A DNA stretch of 64,000 nucleotides, from NCBI GenBank assembly GCA_003056205.1, contig LSNS01000019.1, forward strand, positions 5,630 to 69,629, in the 5' to 3' direction. Below, one piece after another: positions 38,409-47,866 of this stretch (positions within the stretch are counted from its first letter, which is position 1; every line of letters begins with the position of its first letter). The stretch comes from Parcubacteria group bacterium M6-OD1-4. GTDB taxonomy: Bacteria > Patescibacteriota > Patescibacteriia > Patescibacteriales > UBA12465. The notes beneath the pieces were generated by a model. The model saw nothing but the letters and a program-made list of their open reading frames with translations. It did not search any database and was not told the origin of the DNA. The position numbers and the translations under genes are program-made.

Positions 38409-39449
38409 ATGAAAAATATCGTCGAAACAATCTTTGGTCGTAAAAACTTTTTGAAGATTAGTTTACCAATTTTATTAATTATCGCTTTAATAATTATTGG
38501 ACTCTTTTCTTTTCAAAAACCCAGGACGACTACTTTAACTCCTAATCAAGCAAAGACCCGGACTGAAAACTTTATCAACAAATTTCTTATGCGGAGCGGT
38601 AATACGGCAACTATTAAAAGTGTGAGTACAGAATATGGTCTCTACAAATTAAACATTAAATTAGCTAGTAGTGATGTTAATTCTTATTTAACAAAAGATG
38701 GAAAATTATTTTTCCCACAAGCTTTAAATATTGATCAAATTACTGCAAAAGCCAGTAAGGCTCAACCTTCTGCTCCCAAAGCGGTATCGGCGACAGTGAA
38801 ACTTAAAAATGATAAACCTAATGTTGATTTATTTGTAATGAGTTATTGCCCTTATGGCACACAAATTGAAAAAGGTATTTTACCCGTTCTATCAACTCTC
38901 GGTAAAACAATTAATTTCCGTTTACAATTCGTAAATTATTCTATGCATGGACCAAAAGAGTTAACAGAAAATATTAGACAATATTGTATTCAAAAAAATG
39001 AACCACAAAAGTTAGACAACTACTTAAGCTGTTTCTTGCAAGCAGGTGATTCTAGCTCTTGTATTGGTTCTACGGGAATTAATAAGGTTCAATTAGCTAG
39101 TTGTGTATCAAGCACCAATCAAAAGTATAAAATAACTAGTAACGCTAAGAATCATATTAACTACCGCGGTAATTACCCTAGTTTTCCAATTGATCAAGCT
39201 GACAATGTAAAATATGGCGTTCTTGGTTCACCGACCTTAATTATCAATGGTCAACAGGTTAGTAGTAACCGTGATTCCGCTTCGCTCTTGAAAACAATTT
39301 GTAGTGCTTTTAAATCACAACCAAAAGAATGTCAAACAGTTTTGTCTAGTGTTTCTCCAGCGCCTGGTTTAGGAACTGCTCCAGCCGCTACTCCAACAAC
39401 AGCTAATCAGGCGCCAGCTTCTTCTGGCAGCGCAAGTTGTGGAGGATAA
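38409..39449 (+). CDS. membrane-anchored secreted protein with thioredoxin-fold-like (DsbA/GILT-like) domain
   Basis: 346 aa, N-terminal TM, VDLFVMSYCPYG motif, many paired Cys, A/P/T-rich C-terminus. Assignment tentative. Confidence 0.35.
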   Translation: MKNIVETIFGRKNFLKISLPILLIIALIIIGLFSFQKPRTTTLTPNQAKTRTENFINKFLMRSGNTATIKSVSTEYGLYKLNIKLASSDVNSYLTKDGKLFFPQALNIDQITAKASKAQPSAPKAVSATVKLKNDKPNVDLFVMSYCPYGTQIEKGILPVLSTLGKTINFRLQFVNYSMHGPKELTENIRQYCIQKNEPQKLDNYLSCFLQAGDSSSCIGSTGINKVQLASCVSSTNQKYKITSNAKNHINYRGNYPSFPIDQADNVKYGVLGSPTLIINGQQVSSNRDSASLLKTICSAFKSQPKECQTVLSSVSPAPGLGTAPAATPTTANQAPASSGSASCGG

Positions 39450-39475
39450 TTTAATATAAGCAAATTTAAAGATAT

Positions 39476-39506
39476 AAAAAACCTCTCAGTTTTAGAGAGG
39501 TTTTTT
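39476..39506. terminator. bidirectional intrinsic terminator
   Basis: AAAAACCTCTC-loop-GAGAGGTTTTT between convergent genes (39449 and 39546). Confidence 0.7.
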
Positions 39507-39545
39507 ATTAAGATATTTTCCAATTTTTAGAAAGCTGGCTGCTAA

Positions 39546-40769
39546 TTAAATTTTTCCTCGCCACTTCTCAGCAACTAAAATTTTCTGAACCGCCAAACTA
39601 TAGGCCGCTTGTCGTAAACTCCTAACCGCTTCTTGTCCAGAATATTTATCATAAACTCTTTGCCAAGAATTAATCATTTTTTTCTGTAATAAATTACGTA
39701 GATATTCTTCAGCTAAAATTTGACCCGTGCGATTTTGTGCCCATTCAAAATAACTGACAATCACTCCACCAGAATTTGCTAAAATATCGGGGACAATCGT
39801 TTTGTGATTAGCAATTAGAATTTGATCAGCTTCATTGTCAATGGGACCATTAGCTAACTCTATTAAATAAGGAGCTTTGATTTGTTGAGCATTATCCTTG
39901 GTAATTTGATTTTCCAAAGCAGCTAAGACTAAAATATCAACATCTAATTCTAATAATTCAGCATTGGATATTTTTTCTCCACTAGTCCAATTATGGACAC
40001 TCTGTTTCTGAGCTTTGAAAGTTATTAAGCTGGGAATATCTAAACCAGTCTCTTGATAAATTCCTCCTTGACTATCAGAAACAGCGACAACCTGATAATG
40101 AGCTTTAAATAATTTCTCAGCCATTACTAAGCCCGCATTGCCAAAGCCCTGAATTGCTACTTTTAGTTCTTTCTTATTGATTATTTTCTTGGCTAATTCT
40201 TGAGTAAGTAAATAGCCTCCTTCGGCAGTGGCATCAGCTCGCATTGTTAAGCCCCCTAATTCTACTGGCTTACCAGTAATCATTCCTGGTTCGTGATGAC
40301 CAGCCCGCTGTTCAAACTCATCAAGCATCCAAGACATAACCTGGCTATTAGTATAGACATCAGGAGCGGGGATATCTTTGTCTTGTCCAATAAAATTATA
40401 AAAATAATCAATATATTTCCGACTAATCACTTCTAATTCTTCTAGACTAACTTCTTTAGGATTAAATTTTATTCCTCCTTTAGCCCCACCATAAGGAATA
40501 TTGGCCAAAGAGTTTTTTAGAGACATCCAAAAAGCCAAAGACTTAACTTCATCTTCGCTAACTTCTGGGTGAAATCTGATTCCCCCTTTACCGGGACCTA
40601 AAGCCCGATTATAAACAATACGCCAAGCCGGAAATTTATGTCCAGCAATATCTAATTCTGTATAATTTGTTTGGGCTGGTTCTAAGAGAACCGCCAACTC
40701 TTCATCTTTAATATTCTCGAGAGTCTGAATCTCTCTTAATCTTATTAAATTGTCATCAAAAATACTCAT
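39546..40769 (-). CDS. gdhA: Glu/Leu/Phe/Val-family dehydrogenase (glutamate dehydrogenase)
   Basis: 407 aa. Catalytic-Lys motif PYGGAKGGIKFNP and Rossmann GFGNAG. Confidence 0.85.
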   Translation of the reverse strand: MSIFDDNLIRLREIQTLENIKDEELAVLLEPAQTNYTELDIAGHKFPAWRIVYNRALGPGKGGIRFHPEVSEDEVKSLAFWMSLKNSLANIPYGGAKGGIKFNPKEVSLEELEVISRKYIDYFYNFIGQDKDIPAPDVYTNSQVMSWMLDEFEQRAGHHEPGMITGKPVELGGLTMRADATAEGGYLLTQELAKKIINKKELKVAIQGFGNAGLVMAEKLFKAHYQVVAVSDSQGGIYQETGLDIPSLITFKAQKQSVHNWTSGEKISNAELLELDVDILVLAALENQITKDNAQQIKAPYLIELANGPIDNEADQILIANHKTIVPDILANSGGVIVSYFEWAQNRTGQILAEEYLRNLLQKKMINSWQRVYDKYSGQEAVRSLRQAAYSLAVQKILVAEKWRGKI

Positions 40770-40809
40770 AGCATTAAAAATTCTTAGTTTCGATACGAAC
40801 GAAGCTTTT

Positions 40810-41142
40810 TTATTTTAGAAAAGCTTCAATCTCACCCTTTAAAGTTTCTTTATTGCGTAAACCAATAAACTCAGCAATTATTTTACCGTCTTTAAATAAT
40901 TTCATATTAGGGATGCTTTGAATCTGGTATTGAATGGCTAATTCTTGATTCTCACCATCTTCAGTGTTGACCTTAGCAACCTTAATCTTGTCAGCCATAT
41001 CTACAGATAGTTCATCAAGAGTGGGGGCCATCATCCGACACGGCATACACCATGGTGCCCAAAAATCTACTAAAATTGGTAACTCGCTTTTTAAGACTTG
41101 CGCTGAAAAATCAGCCTTATTGACGTTTAAAACGTTAGACAT
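40810..41142 (-). CDS. trxA: thioredoxin
   Basis: 110 aa. Active site WAPWCMPCR. Confidence 0.92.
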   Translation of the reverse strand: MSNVLNVNKADFSAQVLKSELPILVDFWAPWCMPCRMMAPTLDELSVDMADKIKVAKVNTEDGENQELAIQYQIQSIPNMKLFKDGKIIAEFIGLRNKETLKGEIEAFLK

Positions 41143-41170
41143 AGTTTTTTTTAATTATTTAATTAGCTTT

Positions 41171-41413
41171 TTATTTTTTAATTATTTCTTTAAATATTTT
41201 TTCAATTTTTTCTTTATTTCCAGGTGAAGAATTTGATAAACAACGATCAAATTCCTCATGGACAATTTTATTCATCACAGAAGAAATCGCTGATTTAGTA
41301 GCCTTAAACTGCATCAGAATCGATAAACAATCCCACTGTTCATCAGCAAGCATCTTTTTACTACCCTCTAATTGACCAATAATATTATTAATGCGTTGTT
41401 CAATGGTTTTCAT
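41171..41413 (-). CDS. CsoR/RcnR/FrmR-family (DUF156) metal/thiol-sensing repressor
   Basis: MKTIEQRINNIIGQLEGSKKML... is the typical family N-terminus, with conserved Cys (WDCLS) and His/Cys (VHEEFDRC). ATG 41413 is preferred over the ORF opening at 41452, which would overlap the promoter. Confidence 0.75.
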   Translation of the reverse strand: MKTIEQRINNIIGQLEGSKKMLADEQWDCLSILMQFKATKSAISSVMNKIVHEEFDRCLSNSSPGNKEKIEKIFKEIIKK

Positions 41414-41420
41414 AATTTTA

Positions 41421-41448
41421 ACTATAACACACCCCTTGGGGGTGTCAA
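41421..41448 (-). promoter_or_regulatory. promoter with G/C-tract palindromic operator in the spacer
   Basis: Minus strand TTGACA-CCCCCAAGGGGTGTGT-TATAGT, then 7 nt to ATG 41413. The inverted repeat ACACCCC-N3-GGGGTGT (41429-41445) is the CsoR/RcnR operator style. Confidence 0.55.
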
Positions 41449-41471
41449 GCAATTAAGAATGATAGATTTAA

Positions 41472-42173
41472 TTATTTTAAAATTAACCAATAATTGAAAG
41501 GATCACAAGTAATCCTTTCAATATTTAAACCAGTTTTTTTTGCCAAATCTTTTAATTCTAGTTTGGTAAAAACATGATAATAACGTTGACTAATCTCTTC
41601 CCCACGAGAATTTTTCCAAGGAAAAACTAAATCTCCAAAATCTAATTTGTTCCGACCAATGATTTTCAAGAGACTATTTTTAAAAATTAAACTTCGATAT
41701 TTTTTCTTGTTCGCTGCCCGATTCCATAAATTCCAAACACTAAGAATAATCTTTCCAGATGAAGCGAGCTTCTCTCGTAATTCTTCAAAAGCTTTAAGCC
41801 GTAATTTTTGACCAGGAATATGTGGTAAAACGGCGACACAAAAAATATAATCAAAATGACCAGAAATAGTTTCCAAATTTAATAAATCACCAGTAATAAA
41901 TTTATGTGTCGGATAATTTAAACGAGCAATTTTTATTAATTCTTCACTATTATCTACTCCTAAATAATTAATTTTTTTATTTTGAAATAAGTCTAATAAA
42001 CGACCATTGCCACAACCAACGTCTAAAATTCGTGCTCCATTAGGAATGCTTTGCGCTAAATTCTTTAGTTCTGGCCAAATTTCTTTTTTACGAGTCGCAT
42101 CAAATTCCTGAGCAATTTTTTGATAATTATCTTTAACTAAATTCAATAATTTATTACTAATTTCTGGCTTCAT
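41472..42173 (-). CDS. class I SAM-dependent methyltransferase
   Basis: 233 aa. Motif I ILDVGCGNGRL. Confidence 0.7.
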   Translation of the reverse strand: MKPEISNKLLNLVKDNYQKIAQEFDATRKKEIWPELKNLAQSIPNGARILDVGCGNGRLLDLFQNKKINYLGVDNSEELIKIARLNYPTHKFITGDLLNLETISGHFDYIFCVAVLPHIPGQKLRLKAFEELREKLASSGKIILSVWNLWNRAANKKKYRSLIFKNSLLKIIGRNKLDFGDLVFPWKNSRGEEISQRYYHVFTKLELKDLAKKTGLNIERITCDPFNYWLILK

Positions 42174-42214
42174 ATTATTTATAGTATTCCGAAAAAATTT
42201 AAAATAAACAAAAG

Positions 42215-43996
42215 TTAATTTAAATATTCACGATGTTCATAATCTTGACCATTTTTATTTTTGAACTTTTGTAATTTTAAACAATTATCACAATGCCCAC
42301 AAGGATCAGTTCCGGGATCACCAAAATATTTTAAAATATACTTTTGACGACAAGAAACTTGGTGAACATAGTTTTCCATTTCATTTAATTTTTCATAAGC
42401 CCGATCCGACTTTGCTTGCAGAGCAGAAAAATCTAAATTTAAATCTGTGGGTTCAACAATTTTTAGAATTTTTATTTCTGTGCCCCGAAAAGGAGGGTGA
42501 TAATCTACTAAATTGTTTTCAGCTAATTTTTTAATTGTTCGTAATAAAGAAGCTTTTTTGACTTGCAGAACAATCGCTACTTCATCAAGATTAAATTCCC
42601 AACCCGCCTGTAATTCTGCGGAATATTTTTCTTGTAATTTATTAACCACTTCCAATTGCTTTTTAGCTCGTGACCCCAAAGAAGCAATAACTTCTGACCA
42701 ATCTTTTTCTAATTTTAAATAGGAACTAGAGCTTTTTTCTTTGAGTCGAGCTAAATAAGATTCTCTTTCTAAAATTTTTAAAGCGGTTCCAATGGCCATC
42801 TCGGGAACAGAATCCGAAATATTTTTTGCTATCTCAGCATAAGTAATTAAAATAGAATCTTGGGGCTTAGCTTGTTCTTCATTTAAATCTAAGAGAAACT
42901 GATAAATTTCAATAATTGTTTCGGGCCGAGGATTATCCCCTTTAATAAAAAACTCTCGTAAATAGCGATCTTGTTGGTTATAAAATAACAAACAAAAACT
43001 ACTTTGCCCATCACGTCCTGCTCGTCCTGCTTCTTGATAATAAGCTTCAATAGTTCCCGGTAAATCATAGTGAATTACAAAACGAATATCTTTTTTATTA
43101 ATTCCCAAACCAAAAGCATTAGTGGCGACCACAACTTGTGCTTGGCCAGTCATAAATTGTTCCTGTACCCAGTTTCGACTATTAATATCTAGACCCGCAT
43201 GATAAGCCACTGCTTTGACATTGTTATCCATTAAAACCTCAAGAAGTTCATTGGCCTTCGCTCGGGTCCCAACATAGATAATCCCTGACCCTAAATCAGG
43301 ATTGGTCGTTAATAAATTAACAATGTTTTCTGTTTTTTGACCATTAGTTGCTAAAGAGGCGGCAAATTGTAAATTCGGCCGAGCAAATCCAGTGACAACT
43401 AAATCAGCCTGTTCAATTTGTAATTGTTTAATAATATCGTCTCGAACTTCTGGGGTAGCGGTGGCCGTTAGGGCAACAACTGTCGGTGAACCAAGTAATT
43501 TAATGACCGTTTTTAAACGTAAATAACTAGGGCGAAAATCATGTCCCCACTGACTAATACAGTGAGCTTCATCAATCGCAAATAAGGAAATCTGAAGACG
43601 TTTCAATTCTTGAATAAAATTTTGATTATAAAACCGTTCTGGGGTGACATAAATAATTTTATAAACACCGTTTTGAATTTTTTGTAAACGCTGTGCTAAT
43701 TCCGAAGGACTAACAGAAGAATTAATAAAAGTAGAGGGAATACCAATTTTTTCTAAAGAATCAACCTGATCTTTCATCAGGGAAATTAAAGGAGAAACCA
43801 CAAGAGTAAGACCTTCTAAGACTAAGGCGGTTAATTGAAAAATTAAAGATTTTCCACCACCCGTTGGTAAAACAACCACCGTATTACGTTTTGCTAAAAT
43901 ATTATCAATCGCTGGTTCTTGCCCTGGTAAAAAAGATTCATAAGAAAAATGAATCTTGAGCAGTTCTATTAATTGTTGTTTTTGTTGGGAAATCAT
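42215..43996 (-). CDS. recQ: ATP-dependent DNA helicase RecQ
   Basis: 593 aa. Motifs PTGGGKS, DEAH, zinc-binding CRQ...CGHCDNC and an HRDC-like C-terminus. Confidence 0.9.
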   Translation of the reverse strand: MISQQKQQLIELLKIHFSYESFLPGQEPAIDNILAKRNTVVVLPTGGGKSLIFQLTALVLEGLTLVVSPLISLMKDQVDSLEKIGIPSTFINSSVSPSELAQRLQKIQNGVYKIIYVTPERFYNQNFIQELKRLQISLFAIDEAHCISQWGHDFRPSYLRLKTVIKLLGSPTVVALTATATPEVRDDIIKQLQIEQADLVVTGFARPNLQFAASLATNGQKTENIVNLLTTNPDLGSGIIYVGTRAKANELLEVLMDNNVKAVAYHAGLDINSRNWVQEQFMTGQAQVVVATNAFGLGINKKDIRFVIHYDLPGTIEAYYQEAGRAGRDGQSSFCLLFYNQQDRYLREFFIKGDNPRPETIIEIYQFLLDLNEEQAKPQDSILITYAEIAKNISDSVPEMAIGTALKILERESYLARLKEKSSSSYLKLEKDWSEVIASLGSRAKKQLEVVNKLQEKYSAELQAGWEFNLDEVAIVLQVKKASLLRTIKKLAENNLVDYHPPFRGTEIKILKIVEPTDLNLDFSALQAKSDRAYEKLNEMENYVHQVSCRQKYILKYFGDPGTDPCGHCDNCLKLQKFKNKNGQDYEHREYLN

Positions 43997-44029
43997 TCAA
44001 TAATTAAAAATAAATAAACTGTAAAATAC

Positions 44030-44842
44030 TTAATCTCTCTCAGGATTTAAAGAAGAACGCCGTTTAAAAATCTCTAAAGTATTTTTAAATAAAAAAGCGA
44101 TAGTTAGTGGGCCAATCCCTCCAGGGACGGGAGTGATAAAAGAAGCTTTATCTTTAATACTTTCATAATCAACATCTCCCAGAACTTTTTTGCCAACACT
44201 AGTAATTCCAATATCAATAATAACCGCTTGTTCTTTAATCATTTCTTTTTTAATAATTTGTGGTTTTCCTTGAGAAGTAATTAATAAATCGCTATTTTGA
44301 GAATTATGCTGCAGAAATACTTCCATATTCTTTTGTTCTAATAGTTTTTTAACACTCAAACCAAAGATGTCTGAATTATAAAGTAAACAAGCTTTTTTCC
44401 CCTGAGAAATAAATTTTATTCTTTCCAGAGAAGCATTAATCGAAGCTAAAACAGGCGATAATAAATAATCAGGGTGATCGGGGTGAAAGCCGTCAACATC
44501 TTTTTGGGGATTGAGTTGGTGAATAATTTGGTTGGTATTAAATTTTTTAGGTAATGGCAACTGAACTAAAATACCGTCAATTGTTTGATCATGGTTTAAG
44601 AAATTAATTACTGCTAATAATTCTTTCTCGGAAACATCGCTAGTTAGTTGATAAAGGTGAGTGTCAATTCCCACTTTTTTTCCTTCTCTTTCTTTAAGAG
44701 AAACATACAATTTGGAATCGGCCCGTTCGCCAACCAAAATAATAGCTAAATTAGGTCGAAGTTTTTTAAATTTAAAAATTTCGCCAGCAATTTTTCCTTT
44801 AATTCTTTCCGCAATCGCTCGCCCATCAATTTTTTGAACCAT
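44030..44842 (-). CDS. folD: bifunctional methylene-THF dehydrogenase/methenyl-THF cyclohydrolase
   Basis: 270 aa. ILVQLPLP and PVPGGIGPLT signatures. Confidence 0.9.
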   Translation of the reverse strand: MVQKIDGRAIAERIKGKIAGEIFKFKKLRPNLAIILVGERADSKLYVSLKEREGKKVGIDTHLYQLTSDVSEKELLAVINFLNHDQTIDGILVQLPLPKKFNTNQIIHQLNPQKDVDGFHPDHPDYLLSPVLASINASLERIKFISQGKKACLLYNSDIFGLSVKKLLEQKNMEVFLQHNSQNSDLLITSQGKPQIIKKEMIKEQAVIIDIGITSVGKKVLGDVDYESIKDKASFITPVPGGIGPLTIAFLFKNTLEIFKRRSSLNPERD

Positions 44843-44843
44843 A

Positions 44844-46094
44844 TTATTTTTCTTTGGTAGGAATCGGAAAATTATTACATAATTCTTTAACTTCTTGTTT
44901 TAAAGAAGATAATTTATTTTCCTGGTCCTTATTCTGAAAAGCTTGATTAATAAAATTAACAATAATCTTCATCTCCTTTTCTTTCATTCCCCTGGTTGTC
45001 AGAGCTGGGGTCCCAAGTCTAATACCTGAAGGATTTAGTGGTGAATTAGGATCATTAGGAATGGTTGAACGAGAAATGGAAATACCAATTTTCTCTAAAA
45101 TCTTTTCAGCCTCTTTACCAACCAAATTTTTATTAGTTAAATTTAGAACCATTAAATGATTATCAGTTCCTCCAGAAATTATTTGATAGCCAAACTTAAT
45201 AAATTCTTCAGCCATCGCTTGGGCATTACTAATTATTTGCCGAGAATAATCAACAAATTCTGCTTGCAGGGCTTCACCGAAAGCCACGGCTTTAGCCGCC
45301 GTAATATGATCATGGGGACCACCTTGCATTCCCGGAAAAACCGCACTATCAACTTGTTTGGCAAATTTTTCACGACACATAATAATTGCACCTCGTGGTC
45401 CACGCAAGGTTTTGTGAGTTGTTGTAGAAACAACATCAAAAATCGGCACTGGATTAGTCAATTGTTTCGCCGCAATTAAACCAGCAATATGAGCAATGTC
45501 GGCAAAAGTATAAGCTCCGACTTCATCAGCAATATCTTTAAATTTTTGCCAATCAATTTCGCGAGAATAAGCACTAAAGCCAGCGACAATCATTTTAGGT
45601 TTTTCACGAAGAGCAATTTCTCGAACTTCAGCCATATCAATAATTCCAGTTTGAAGATTAACCCCATACTGAACAAAATTATATAAACGCCCTGAAAAAT
45701 TTACCCGATGACCATGGGATAAATGACCGCCATGATCTAGTTTTAGACCCAAAACTTTATCGCCCGGATTCAAAAATGCCATATAAACCGCGGCATTAGC
45801 CGGAGAACCAGATAACGGTTGAACATTAACATGCTCTGCTCCAAATAATTTTTTAGCACGTTCAATTGCTAAACTTTCAATATCATCAATATTATAATTA
45901 CCTCCATAATATCGTCGGCCAACATAACCTTCGCTGTATTTATTAGTTAAAACAGTAGCCATGGCTTCTAAAACTGCGGGGCTAACATAATTTTCTGAAG
46001 CAATAAGCTCCAATTCTTCATTTTGACGTTGTTCTTCCTTTTTAATTATTTCCCAAACTGCTGAATCTTGTTGTGATAGATGTTGATATTTCAT
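44844..46094 (-). CDS. glyA: serine hydroxymethyltransferase
   Basis: 416 aa. PLP site TTTHKTLRGPRG. Confidence 0.95.
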   Translation of the reverse strand: MKYQHLSQQDSAVWEIIKKEEQRQNEELELIASENYVSPAVLEAMATVLTNKYSEGYVGRRYYGGNYNIDDIESLAIERAKKLFGAEHVNVQPLSGSPANAAVYMAFLNPGDKVLGLKLDHGGHLSHGHRVNFSGRLYNFVQYGVNLQTGIIDMAEVREIALREKPKMIVAGFSAYSREIDWQKFKDIADEVGAYTFADIAHIAGLIAAKQLTNPVPIFDVVSTTTHKTLRGPRGAIIMCREKFAKQVDSAVFPGMQGGPHDHITAAKAVAFGEALQAEFVDYSRQIISNAQAMAEEFIKFGYQIISGGTDNHLMVLNLTNKNLVGKEAEKILEKIGISISRSTIPNDPNSPLNPSGIRLGTPALTTRGMKEKEMKIIVNFINQAFQNKDQENKLSSLKQEVKELCNNFPIPTKEK

Positions 46095-46171
46095 ATAATT
46101 ATTACTCTGAATTAAATAAGGAGACGATGGTTTAATTTTAAGTTAGTAAAATGTTTTTGTCAAAAATAAGA

Positions 46172-47791
46172 TTATTTTAACCTTTTTACTAAATATGTCT
46201 TTTGTAAGTGATAGCCAAGATGACGATAATATTGTCGAACCCCCACACCTGAAATAATTGCCAAACGATTAATCTTATTTTTCACTACTAACTTTTCAGC
46301 AATTTTTAATAATTCTTTTCCCAGTCCACTGTGCTGAATCTGATGATCATTACCAATTGGAACCAGTTCACCATAAACATGTAATTCTCTAATAATAGCA
46401 GGAGCCACAGGACTATTTTGATCAAGACGAAGGCGACAAAAACCGTATAGGATTTGTCCATCCAAACTGTCAGCACTAATAAAATATTCTATTCCGTGTG
46501 AAGCGGGATATTTAATAAAATTAATTTGATACTTAAGGATTTTTAGTCCCCGAGCTTCTCGACAACGAATACATTGACATTTTACCCCCTGGTCTTTAAG
46601 AATTTGTCTTAAATTAGTAATTTTATTGCCCGCCACAATTGATTCTCCGGGAATATCTCTAATTAATCGCATAATTCTGACATAGCGAGGAACTGCAGAT
46701 TTACAGGCAATAATTAATTTTTGTAAGACTGAATCAGAATATGGCTGATATTTTCCAGTTAAATACCAGCGGTATAAAAGACTACCATGAGTAACAACTG
46801 TAGGATAAAATTTAATTTGATCGGGCTGAAACCTCTCATCACTAAACAATTGTTTAAATAAAGCTAAATCTTTGACCGGGTTTGAGCCTGGAAGTGCTGG
46901 CATCACATGATAGGTAATTTTAAAACCAAATTGCTTTAGAAGTTTGGTAGCACTAGTAATTTCAGCAACACCGTGTCCACGCTGATTTAATTTTAAAATA
47001 TCATCGTCGATAACTTGAACTCCAATTTCCACTCGAGTACAACCCAATTCCCTCATCTTTAACAACTCCTGACGACTAATATAGTCCGGACGTGTTTCTA
47101 AAGTGATGCCAATAATTTGATAATGAGCCGTCTCATTCTTTTTTTGTTCTTTTTTTAAAAGTTTTTTTAATACTACTAAACTTAAATTTTGTTTATCCGG
47201 AGTAATTAATTTAATCTGAGCCTTTTTTTCTGAAAATGTCTGTTGAAAAATATTGTTTCTATTTTTGGGATAATTATTAGCGGCCCGAAAACAACTTAAA
47301 ATATACCAATATTGATAACGAGTTGGTAAATAACTCCAAGTTCCTCCAATAACAATTAGCTCAATCTTAGTTGGTTGATGACCGTTATTCTCTAAAGATT
47401 TCAAACGTGAGCTAACTTGTTGATAGGGATTATACTGACAACGAATAGCTCTCATTACTGCCGGTTCGTTAGACAAATAGCTGGTGGGAACATTGTCTTC
47501 ATGAGGACAATAGACACATTTTCCTGGACAGGGATAGGGTTTAGTTAAAACCGCAACTGGAGCCACTCCTGATAAAGTTCGGATTGATCGTTTCCGTAAA
47601 CTATTTTCTAATAATTTTAAAGGTTTTTGCCCAGCAGATAATAAGACTTGATATTCTTGGAAAATATCAGAATTTAAAATGGTTGATAAATGATATTTTT
47701 TACAAATAAGCCGTTTAACATTTTCTAAATCATGACGATTTTTAATCTGGGGGGCATAATTTTCTAATAATTTTTTTATTGCTTCAGACAT
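46172..47791 (-). CDS. elp3: Elp3-like radical-SAM/GNAT enzyme (tRNA U34 cm5-type modification)
   Basis: 539 aa. Radical-SAM cluster motif CPGKCVYCP followed by SYLSNEPAVMRA, and C-terminal GNAT with QHSGLGKELL...GVRQYYRHLGY. Confidence 0.8.
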   Translation of the reverse strand: MSEAIKKLLENYAPQIKNRHDLENVKRLICKKYHLSTILNSDIFQEYQVLLSAGQKPLKLLENSLRKRSIRTLSGVAPVAVLTKPYPCPGKCVYCPHEDNVPTSYLSNEPAVMRAIRCQYNPYQQVSSRLKSLENNGHQPTKIELIVIGGTWSYLPTRYQYWYILSCFRAANNYPKNRNNIFQQTFSEKKAQIKLITPDKQNLSLVVLKKLLKKEQKKNETAHYQIIGITLETRPDYISRQELLKMRELGCTRVEIGVQVIDDDILKLNQRGHGVAEITSATKLLKQFGFKITYHVMPALPGSNPVKDLALFKQLFSDERFQPDQIKFYPTVVTHGSLLYRWYLTGKYQPYSDSVLQKLIIACKSAVPRYVRIMRLIRDIPGESIVAGNKITNLRQILKDQGVKCQCIRCREARGLKILKYQINFIKYPASHGIEYFISADSLDGQILYGFCRLRLDQNSPVAPAIIRELHVYGELVPIGNDHQIQHSGLGKELLKIAEKLVVKNKINRLAIISGVGVRQYYRHLGYHLQKTYLVKRLK

Positions 47792-47866
47792 ACTTTTAAG
47801 TTATAATAACAATGGTAATATTTTAACTGCCATCTAACAATATAACATTTTTTTTAATTAAACAAT

